A DNA stretch of 64,000 nt. It comes from Paragordius varius (Eukaryota; Animalia; Nematomorpha). Shown here piece after piece: positions 53,000 to 64,000 of the stretch. The DNA is taken from assembly GCA_964247055.1 (NCBI GenBank), contig OZ176052.1, positions 6,944,001-7,008,000 of the forward strand, read 5' to 3'. The translations under genes were made by a program, and so were the position numbers. A model generated the notes under the pieces. It had not been told where the DNA came from. It saw nothing but the letters and a program-made list of their open reading frames with translations, and searched no databases. Within the stretch, counting starts at the first letter, position 1. Every line of letters starts with the position of its first letter.

Positions 53000-54119
53000 C
53001 CAGGTCGTGTTTCCCACCAGTTTTTTCATGTAATTCGAGGTCAATTATTAATTTTATAAATATTGTCCATCGGATTTACATATTTCGTCCATCTCTTGGG
53101 TAATATATGAAAGCCATGACAAAAAAACTAATTGTATTCTGCAGCTAACGTCTTTAAAATTATTGATCTGCTGTGACAGCGTGTTATCCGCTGATGCTAA
53201 GAAGTGATAATAAGATGGCGCCAGGTCAGGGAATACGACGGCAAAGTTCGCTGCTATGAGATACGGGGCATAGCAAAATCCTTTTGTCATGTCTTTTAGC
53301 TTATTCCAGTCGTTTTTCAATTGCCTGGCTTAAATTGATAATTTATCGGCGAGCGTTGTTTATTAACGGTTTCACCAGGTTTTAAAGATATATAATGTAC
53401 AATAGAGCCTTGGTCCTATCAGACACAGAACATGGTCTTCATGCCAAAGTGATTTGGCCTTGGTGCAATAGGGATTGGCAAGCTAAAAGCCACGATTTAT
53501 CTCGCTTTAGATTTACAAAATAAAGCCGATTCTCATTACTCGGCGCAAATCGATGCAAAGATTTCACAAGTCACTTTGAGATTTTTGATCTGACGTTCTT
53601 TAATTATATGATATCCATTTACTGAGTTTATTGGTCTTTTTCAATGTTCCGTCTGCTGATTGTTTTATATACATGTAATGCTTATGCCAATTGAGTTTAA
53701 ATGGAATCACCATACAAAAACTCTAGCACTTCATCTTTTTCGCAGCTATGTGGGCTACCACACCCAATCTCTTTCACATTGTACTCTCAACTTTTGAATT
53801 TTCAAAATGATTCGGGTGTTTAAATCGATGAAGCATGTTCTGTTCACCACATTTTTCTACCAGCAAACGATGACTTTTAATAGCCATTTCTTCTGATGAT
53901 ATAAGAAAGCAAAACTTGCCGCTAGTTATCTTTTTCAGACCAAAGTTTAACATAATTACTGAATGATAAAAAGGATGTCTTTTGGTGGACTCAAATTGTG
54001 TGTGTTTGTCGTTCAATGTCAGATACACAAAATGACATCTGTATCAAATTAATCGTCTGAGTACTTTTTGCTGCCATCTTTTCTAAATTAAACCGGTAAT
54101 GATTTATGACCTCACCGGC
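53000..54119 (-). mobile_element. Degraded mariner transposon (Mos1-like transposase pseudogene), ~1.12 kb
   Basis: Motifs KSHRLLVEKCGEQ, ERQIKNLKVTCE, RPNHFGMKTMFCV**DQ, AKRHDKRILL, FPDLAPSYYHFL, CKSDGQY; TA|CCAGGT left end with a degenerate partner near 54090-54119. Confidence 0.88.
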
Positions 54120-57100
54120 ATTCTGAAAAATTTAAAGAGTTATGCCGAATATTTAGTAATTTAAATTATTTATTGAAGTTTCAAGTGAGTGCAAAATTTT
54201 CGTATACGCCATGAATTAATCTTTGAAAAAATCAAATTTTATATTTGCTTATTACGAATATGCCTAAAAACAATTTTTTTAAAGGGCTTAAAATCACTTT
54301 TTTCTTTTTTTCTATCTGTATATTTTTTAAATTTTGGCTTCATCAACCCTTTATAAATGATTCAAAATGTAAAATTTAGTACATTAAAATGATTCTGACT
54401 CAAAGAGACAAGATAATTGAATTTCCAATATTACACTAAAATGATGTTCAATATACATTAATAAAATATAATAGTTTTACCACCGAAAAAAGCACTTAAA
54501 AATGTTAAAAATACATCATCTACGTAATATTATTAAATGTTTGGGCTCTGATAAATCATTATCATTATCATTAATATGTGTAATCTGCAATCTAATAAAT
54601 ATTTTATAACAAATGTTCATCTAAAAACAATTTTCCATTATATTGTTTTTAGTAGTTTTCAGTTTCACATAATATCGTAAAAAATTAGTAAAAATCAGGT
54701 CATCCTAATCATAAGCCGCAGAAACAATATATCCCCATTAATTATGCATTATTACATTTAAAATTTTAAAACAATTTATTTTACAATTATTATAATTTTT
54801 ATTGAGTTTTATTGAGTTTTTCAATAACATAAGGCAGAATCTCAAACTTTTTCGCAGCCAATTTTTTTATAATTTTTTTTCCATTCGCCAATACTCAGGC
54901 TAAATGTATATGGATAACTTTCAAAAGCTTCAAATTACATTCTAGCAAATTGTTTGATATTTGTTGTTTATTTATGACAGGTTTAGAAGCTATCCAATTC
55001 TAAGCTCGAGAACAAGAATGTCCACAAATGCCTTCGAGGTCCGCATTTTTTGCACAAAAAAACGCATTTGAAATGTATATGGGCTTACAAATAATTTATT
55101 AGATTTTAACCATAAGACTGTAAAATGCTAACACATTATATCGATTCTTTTTAATTTCTGGCAATTGGATAGAGTTATTTAGAATTTTTTTTGAGAGATA
55201 TCAATTTTACTAAGATTTAATGAGCATATTTTTCCATAAATTTCCAAACGCGGATCACACATAAATTCTTGGAGGACTAGACCCTGCTCTATATAGATGA
55301 TTGTAAAAATAAACGAACGCTTTTGTATCTAATAGAGGAATCAATGTAAATTAACTTTTAACCAAAACAACATTCAAAACAGTAGTTTATTTGCGAGTTT
55401 AAGCTTTTGCGTATCAAACTACCCCAAAATGATAGAAAAATAAAAAAATAAAAAAGTGTTATGAAATTATTTTAATTCACTAAATATGATGGGAAAAAAT
55501 AAAAATTGAACGTTTATAGCGATAAAATATCCGTTTTGCTGTTTTGTTTGAATTTTATAGTAGGGGGGAACATTGCGTGTTTTATTTGTATTTTTATTTC
55601 AACCAATAATAGCTGACAAAATATCCAATTTGCGGCTGAAAACAAGGTCGTTAAGATATATACATGTAATAAACTTTTAGTCATAGCAGAAACTGATTCA
55701 GAGCTAGTATTGAATTTTTTTACCATCAGAAATCCTAGCTTATATTTAAAATATAAATCCCACAACTGAATTAGTTAAAAATTTTATTTACTTGTGTTTT
55801 AACCAAGATATAAAAATAATTACAGAGGATAGGAATCAATGTACTTATCTAGCATATCATGGTGTTTCTATAAAAGTATGAAAAAATTATAAAATTATTG
55901 GAACAGGCTTCGTTGCTGTCATATGATCCTTTATTTGTAAAAAAAGAGTAATTATATTTTTCAGACTCATAAATAATTTATAGCAGTAAAACAAAGGTAA
56001 ATGCAAAGTCTCCTCATTATATGTATATCTGTTTTTTTAAAAAATCTCAGAAAAACACTTTAAAATATATGAAAAAAATATGAAATGGATTTTAACATGA
56101 GTATAAACCAACAAACAAGAGTTAACAAATGGACAAATTTCATGACTGATTTTCACAAAATTTTATACACTGCAAATAATATGTATAAAATATAAATATG
56201 ATGATGGAGGAATTATCTATCATGCCTGTGATTTGGGGCGTGTTGAACGATTATTAAAAGTTAGGTGAATTTTCACAATTTATGATAAATCTTAATTTAG
56301 CGCAAATCATTTATGTACCACATTAAATTATAACTTTGCATCCAATAACTTATAAAAGCTTTGGAAGCCATTATTTGAAACTTTTAATTAGTGTTCTCTT
56401 TTATTTATGGAATCGTTTTTTTATTGCGTTTTCGATGCTATTTTGTAGCAGAAATTATGAAAACATAATATGCTAAGTTTATTGGGTGGAAAAATCGGTT
56501 GGGATAATAGTAATTCAGCTGCAAATAATTATGAAAACCGATATGCTGCAAAATTCCGTAAAATAGGCAATATCTTTGTAAAAAAATAAATTAAAGTATG
56601 GGTATTTAGGATATCTTAGTAATAATTAATCTCTAGCACATATTTATAAATGCTTAAAACATCTGGCCTTCTTTGCATCTTACACAGGTTTTGTAAATGG
56701 GATTGCAGAGCCCATATAATAATTAAATACAATTTCGGTTTTGCATTTTATAATGTGTACTAATTTGTTATTTTTTATTTTGTTAATTTGGTAATTCATA
56801 TAATTATCTTAAATGACTCCTAACCAAAACCGAAAGCATTATACAAATATTAATAATTTTTTTATTTTAAAGTTAAAAATTTTATCGGTATATTTATTAT
56901 ATCCGATCTTATGTGTCATCATAATTAAAGTAAGTTGAATTCGAATATATAATCATTCAAAAACTGAATGTTTACTCCAAAAGACGAAATATAAATTATG
57001 ATTCCAATTAAAAAAATTATAAAGCATCCTGTTTAATGTGTAATGTAATATTTTTTAAAAAAATTTAATATGTTAATGGAATGAGAATTAAAATTAAACT

Positions 57101-58092
57101 TCAAAGACTCTTCTGTGATTTCGTGTTTATATAATTCTTTATACATATCCTTAAGAATTAAAATTTGTGTCAATAGCTAACAACCAATGTACGTATTAAA
57201 ACTAGCAATTATCATAAAACATAAAATTAAAATGAAGCTTAAATACAAATTTAAAGGCATTTTGGGTTTTTTGAGGTTTTAAGTTTTATATAGAGTTATA
57301 GTTTTATATTTAATATTATAATAATTTATCTATTAAGATAATATTAGTGGATTTTCGAATGACCTATAAGTTATTAATTAATCAAATTAGAATGTTGTAT
57401 ATTGCATATAAATTACTAAGTATCCATATTTGGTTCAAATTTTATGATATTTTGATTTAATATTTTGATAATACCAATTATTATTTTCATAATTTTGTCT
57501 TGTTATAACATTATAGCGATTAAATTGATAGCTCATAATATAAAGAGGCTATAATAAAAAAAACTGTAAAGTGAGCTATTTAAGATTTTATTTTTGATCA
57601 GAATCATTCCATTTTCGCCTAGAACAGTTTTTTCTTTGATATGACACACAAGGAAATAGAGTTAAGCGGATTTACATTTAACGTGCATATATCCTTGACT
57701 TAAATGCCAAACGAAGATTTTTTACTTTTAAAAGCTGTAAAACAGAAACAACCTCTCAATTTTTTATAATACTTATTTTTATAACCTATTTTGCTTCTTT
57801 ATATAAAAAAAGACAGTGAATAAGTTGGCAGAAAAAAATGAATATATTTAGTAAAACTTTTCTAGCGTCTGTAGTAGAGGTAGGAGTAATAACGACATTT
57901 ACTAAAAATATATTTTGTATATAATGATTTTATTTGTCCATTTAATCGGTCGTATATTTGTTTTACTTTCTTTCTCTATTATTACAGCAATACTAATTAA
58001 GGAAACCAATCCCTAGATACCGTTTTTTATTATTATATAGAAGCTTTATTTAGATAGGGATGAATTGACATTCCTCGACTTTTATTCATTGT

Positions 58093-61000
58093 ATGATATC
58101 ATCAAACAAACAGTGGTTTCTTGTTTTCATATACTATAACATACTACTTGTGTAAGTCTCCAACTAACACAGTTGTTTGGTTTAATTGAATTAATGAAGT
58201 ACGCATAACTTAGTTTAACTGCAACTTTATTTAGACTTAAAAATACATATTATCTTGGAATAATCTTAAATTATATCCATATTCATTGTTGTATAATGAA
58301 AATAATAATAATTATTCCAGGAACTCTTTATTTTATTCATTAACCATAATATTCCCTCAAGATGACTCTAAAACACAAGTATTGAAATAGGATTAGCTAC
58401 CAGACATACAAAATTTACCATAAATTATTCTATATTTTATATTGTATTGTAAAAGGTGGAGGTATATTATAATCTGGGCTAATATCTTACTTATTTTTTG
58501 TTAAATTCAATATTCCTTGCTTTTTGAATTCATTTTCAAATGTACAATACATAGAAGTTTACTTTACGTGCCTTTTTTAACGTAACACATTTTTTTCACT
58601 TGTTGTATATATATATAGCTAAATCCTTACTAAATATTGATTTAACCTATCACCCATATAATGGATATACATCTACAATACATAATACAGATGTGTCTGA
58701 ACCCTTTTAGGCTTTTTCTGATTCTAGCTGTTAACTTTATAACAAAAAAATGTAGCAAAGAATACAAAATCATGATAACGAGAGTTGTGTTATCTACTTT
58801 ATGAAATATTAATGATAATATTATTGTTATTCTTAACAATTTAAAAATTAAATTTTACCCATTCTTACAATAAACCATAAAATATATTTATAATCCACCA
58901 ACTCTAATAATAATACACGTATCTATGCTATTGTTTAACCATAAAAATATCATTATATGAGATTATCTTTAAATTTAAATTTTGCTACACACTTGAATTT
59001 ATGTTTATACGTAATAATAATTGCTGTTCCTGCCTTGTTTCCTAACAATTCTTTCCAACCATGCAGTATTTTTGCACCACGAATAATTCTAGATGTAGTC
59101 GGTACGTTTTATTTATGCATGTTGATACCTTGATGGAAAACTTATTTCTTTGAATACATCTATTTTATTACCGAATTCACCAAAATTATAAATTATATTG
59201 GTGGATATAGTAAAATAGAATAAACTCTAGATTTGATTAGCGTTCGTACATAAGATAACATTATACGGCCAGATTTTCAATTTTACAATTCATATGTTTT
59301 TTATTGGAACCGAAACCGTTATTTTTGATTTCCAGTTAATTTTTTATTTCTTGATTTGGTTCCACATTTTTATTGATAAATAAGCCCTGGTCCAGATGGT
59401 TTTGTTCCAGCAAAAGGTTATTTTGCGAAAAATTTAGATCAGTGTTTTTGTGAGAATTAGTTTCGGCTTAATCGTTTTTTGTTCAGATTCTTCGGTGTCC
59501 TTTTATTTAATTTGAAGGTATTAATTTGAATTTTTATAGAAAAAACTAACCAGAAAGGTATATTGTATTTTTTTCCCGGATAATAAAACGAAATTTGAGT
59601 GATTTAAAATGAAATCAATTTCAATAAATAAGGTTGCATTATAAAAATGCTAAAATTTACAGAAATAATTATTAGAACCAAAAAGGACAGTTTCAGTTTT
59701 AAAAATATCGCTATAAGAATTCTTTTGCTTCCAAAACGGTTCTGAAAAATATTGTAACGGTCCCGGGTCCACAAAAACGATTCCGGCTCCGAACCCTGTA
59801 AAAATGTCATTAATTTATTATCTTTGTAAAACATTAGATAGACAAATTTTATTTTTTCAATTTTAGAGGTTATGAGTAATTTAATTGATCTTTCTATATT
59901 CTACCAAAATTTAAAATCGCATTTATGGCGTCTATTTATTTTAAAGCATTAATTATTTGTTTCTTATATAAAATTTATATATCACGCATATGCGGTTTTC
60001 ACTAAAAATTAGTGAGCTGCATAAATTTTTTGGCGACCGCACTACATATTGGCACCTACAGCGGTTTAAATTATATAAAACAACTGGTACTCATGATTAA
60101 CCAATCTCTAAGCATTCTATCATCCTCTAATTTGTTAAACTTATAGCAGATAGATGCCGTCTAGAATTAGAAAAAACGAATATTTGAAAATACGAATCTA
60201 ACACAGAGATAACGTGCCTTTACCCCATAATATTTATAAACACAGTTTTAATCCTGAACTATCAGAAATTAAGTTTTAAAGCAATCATTTATGCGGTAAA
60301 AATTTAATATTATGAATTCGTTTAAAATGGCGTTTTTACGGATTGGAATAAAATGATAGAAATATGTATATTAAAAAACCCTTTTTAATAATTAAAAACC
60401 AGGTTTGGAGGTTTCCATGAGGTGAGTCAGTTATTTATTATAGGTTTTTTGAAATCAATTTTGAAGTTGACAATTTTCGCAAATTTTGGCCATAAAGAAT
60501 TTATTAATTTAGCGTTTCGTATTGACAATTTTGTTTAATTTACATAACAGGAAAGCATCGCAAAGGAAAACATTTCGGGTTACCATGTAATTAAACGCTT
60601 GAAAGGTAAATTTCCTTAAATAATACAAGAAAATTTTGTTGCACAATAAAACAATTTATTTACTTTATATATTAATTTTCTTGCCATTTTTAACCCCGGA
60701 ATTATTGGAAGAAAAATTTGTAAATTTCATTTTGAAAATGAGATCCTATTAGGGACAGGCAATTTAACCATCGATCTAGTAACTTTACAAAACTCTCGAA
60801 TCAGAATATTGAATAAAAATATCCCGATATTATACGCTGTCACAAAATTGTATTGCGATTTTCCGAGTTGCAAAATATTGGAAACAGTAAACCATTTTTT
60901 CCACATAGTTCGATACCGTTGAGATTTTCCACTTTATATATATAAATAAAAAGATGTGATTTTTTCAATCAAGTTACTTGAAAGCATAATGATTAATTTT

Positions 61001-61712
61001 AATCCAATTTCTATCGAGATAAAATTTTGACGGCAATATTTATTATATTATTTTAATACGTTTTACCGTTACTATGCTATATCTGATTTTCTTTGTCATA
61101 AGGGGTGCTATCATAATTAATCTCAAAGTAAATTAGATTTAAATTCAAAATAAATTTAATTATTATGTAATTTATATTTACAAAAAATGTAAAGGCTAAC
61201 TAAAAATAATTTGACATGTGCTTAATTTTTCGATTTTTTGTTACGGAACAATTCCGTAAAAATAAATTGCATTCTTAAATGGCTGGTAGGCGCCAATATT
61301 AAAAATGAGATAATGATACATTTTTCCATTAAAATAATATTTCACAGGACCTTTTTATTCTTTACAAATAATACAACCATAAATTGCCATCTATACCTCA
61401 AAATATGTTTAATTTATATCTCATATAACTACTGTTTGTAGACTTGTCTTTCAAATTTAAATCCACTTGACTTTTATAGTACATGGATAGATTTAATTAG
61501 TGTTAAGTTAAGAGCATCGGGAAAAGTATGGAAGGAAATGTACCTACAAAAATGGTAGATTAAATTTTAAAAGGGATTTTATGCACTACAATACAAATGA
61601 TTATGTACATATTAGTTATAACAAAGAAAGGGGATTTCAGTATGGATTTAATTTTATGTGTGAAATACGCTACTACATGCGTACTACTTACCATTTAGTA
61701 CAAATTTATTAA
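58093..61712 (+). CDS. Hypothetical small secreted protein built from micro-exons (~97 aa)
   Basis: Exons 58093-58151, 60403-60421, 60551-60605, 61491-61554, 61616-61712 form a phase-compatible GT-AG chain: MISSNKQWFLVFIYYNILLVFGGFHEESIAKENISGYHVIKRLKDLISVKLRASGKVWKEMYLQKCYNKERGFQYGFNFMCEIRYYMRTTYHLVQIY*. No family recognised. Confidence 0.35.
59290..59798. mobile_element. Probable hAT-type non-autonomous element remnant
   Basis: Repeated GGAACCGAAACCG/GGTTCC subterminal motifs, ending CCGGCTCCGAACCCTG (reverse complement CAGGGTTCGGA..., hAT-like terminus); left end not located. Confidence 0.4.
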
Positions 61713-64000
61713 TTTTATATTTATAATTTTGAAAAAATTTAATAAAACCAAACATTTTAAACACCAAGTACAAACACAAAAAGCACTCTTCATCTTTTGT
61801 ACTTAAACATTTCTCCTACTTTAAACAAAATGAAAAGCTTTTTAACTTTGGTTACTTTGAATAATATATAGTATAACAGTTAGGTAAAAATAGAAAACAA
61901 GATGTAAAGAGATAAAAGATCCCTTCAACAAATCTCGTATAAAATTGCGTGTGGTTTTTACTGAGAGAGATTTTCAACATTATTAATTTAAATTAATTAT
62001 ATCCATATTAAACATCTTGTACTGTTTTGCCTCTATATTGTTATATAACATTAGAGTTAGGAATTAAATATAGTTTTGTTAAAATCAATTTTTTATCATT
62101 CTATGTTAAAATGTGACTGGGTTGAGTTGGTTAAAAGACACAATATTTTCTGTCTATTTATACTCATAATAGAATTAACAAATTTATAATGTTGGATTAT
62201 CATGGAATAAAGAGAGAGACGACTTTAATCAATAAATAATAAAGTTTGGTTTAACTTTGATATCAGTAATTTTTTTAAAAAAAATGGTAGCATTAAGTTG
62301 GAAAAATATTCTACTAATTTTTTTTGATTTTGGCATCATTATACTTATATTGTTTAAAGACCCAAAACATAAAATGTAAAAAGATTATATAACAAAATTT
62401 ATGGTTATTTATTAAATAAAATATATTTAAATATATCATCGTTGTACCCTTTTATCCTTGTAACTGTATTGACCGAGGATTATTATTAGCAGTTAAATAC
62501 GGATGATAGGCAAATATTTATAACTTATTAAATATTTATTTTAATATAAATACATTAGTGTTGACGGCACAGTTTAGGGCTTAAACCGCTTATCCACAGT
62601 ATTTTATATCGAATTTGCCTCCAAAGTATTTGGACAATTAAGTTGAAAAATATTTTTTTAGATGTCAGAGCTATTTATAATAACATTTAATTTATAGATC
62701 TTTAATTGTTAATGCACTGTTTCAATATTTAACCATATAATCCAAATTTTCCATTGACAATAAATGCAAAGTTTAAAAGTTTGTTAAAATGAATTTGAGT
62801 TTGAAGTTAATTTTACCACTATCGATATCATAGTTAAAATCATAGTTAAAAAATTTGAAGATTACAAATTCTTCTTAGATATTTTATTTTGAAAATTTTA
62901 CTAAATTTCAAAGAATTCTAAACTAAAAATAACATTCGTGTTATCCCAAACATAATCCATATTTAAAAAAACTAAAAGTTTATTATTTTACCATTTTTTT
63001 ACAAAACTTTTTGTCATACGATAAAATTCCAAAGACTGTTAAAAATTTTGTTTATAACTAATATCCAAACAATTTTTTTAAATATGGTCACGAACAATAT
63101 ATTTTGTTAATTAATTAAAAATGGTGACATTTACAGTCTGAATCCACAGGTCAAAGAGCCTGACTCCATATTAATAGTATTTTTCCACAAATTCTATTTT
63201 CCCATTTCACATTTTTATTACAAGACTTTATAAAATATCGATGTATTATTGCTACTGCATAGCAAAAATTCCGCAATATTCATTCATGATTAAAATTATT
63301 TATGAACAATTTAAGTGTTAAATCAATATTTGTTTAGTATATTAACAATCATAATAATGGATAAATACATACCTTATTGTTGAGTAATTACAATAAAAAT
63401 CAATCAAACAGGTAAAATTACGTGTTAAGATATTATTACATAAGTACTTTCTTTCTAATAATAAAATTGAAAAATTGGTGGTGAAAAAAACATTTTCTAT
63501 ATTTGTTTTATATGCAAGAGTCCTAAGTGTCTAATACATTTTAAGTAACTTTGCAATATGGTGTTTTGTTTCTCCCAAGTTAATAAATATGTAATGAAAA
63601 ATAAAAAATATTTCACCAGGTATATGTATATATCTTTTTTATCTAGAAACCTTCATTACCATAAAGCAAATTAATATAATTATTTTATGGCTAGGACTAA
63701 GAAAAACTTGTTTTAAGAAATTTCATGAAAAAAGCCAAAAAACCCATAAAACTTTCTAAAAAATATTTGTTTATTAAACGAAGGTAAAAATATTTTATTT
63801 TTAAATCACAAATGGAAATGATTAATTATTAAAATATTGTTTTTATATATCATTTGTTTCGTAAATTGTGCAAACACTTGAGTCGTTTCATCTTATTTTA
63901 CAAAAGTTATCAATGCTTATAAGATAGCAAAATTAAAATATTCTATTTTATTATGTAATATAGGCCAAAAAATACATATTTTACCCTTTTTTAAGTCAAC

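Noticed and set aside
51750-56714. Scattered exon-like pieces on the minus strand (MGSAIPFTKPV at ~56714; ORF 55514-55765; KILDVLALSELVSIG at ~51.8 kb)
   Set aside because: Could not be joined in phase or assigned to a family; possible gene but unsupported.
58642-58839. GPCR TM5/ICL3-like ORF (-)
   Set aside because: No supporting exons, splice sites or family motifs; hydrophobic/basic bias is expected from AT-rich DNA.
58957-59101. Signal-peptide-like exon MRLSLNLNF...RIILDVV with gtacgt donor (+)
   Set aside because: Phase 1 donor does not fit the downstream micro-exon chain (needs phase 2); may be chance.
13660-61441. Most other 60-120 aa ORFs in the track
   Set aside because: Antisense shadows of real exons, intron read-through, or TTG/GTG-started AT-rich frames inside MITEs.

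Overview
This is a very AT-rich eukaryotic (invertebrate metazoan) window with GT-AG introns, the shortest about 60 nt. The bacterial-style ORF track therefore misses most exons, and I rebuilt genes by hand from splice sites and phases. Layout: (1) 1-6.46 kb, the edge of a 62-bp satellite array with nested higher-order repeats; (2) 7.4-17.9 kb (-), a complete 8-exon estrogen-related receptor gene (ERR/NR3B, ~917 aa) with an unusually long ~575-aa N-terminal domain; (3) 24.2-38.3 kb (-), a gene almost invisible in the ORF track whose exons match my recollection of the TAF1A/Rrn11 (Pol I SL1/core factor) motif order, with one intact 5S rRNA gene (34425-34543, +) antisense in its 5' intron about 55 nt from an exon; (4) 39.3-49.9 kb (+), a 19-exon TEX2 gene (TM-PH-SMP lipid-transfer protein), divergent from the TAF1A-like gene; (5) 58.1-61.7 kb (+), a tentative micro-exon gene for a small secreted protein. 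Introns and intergenic DNA contain many transposon relics: a palindromic Tc1/IS630 (DD34E) element, a mariner, two RTE non-LTR fragments (one with a PHD-like finger), TA-target MITEs, TTAA-target piggyBac-like MITEs and hAT remnants. All homology statements are by-eye comparisons with family motifs recalled from memory; no database search was run.
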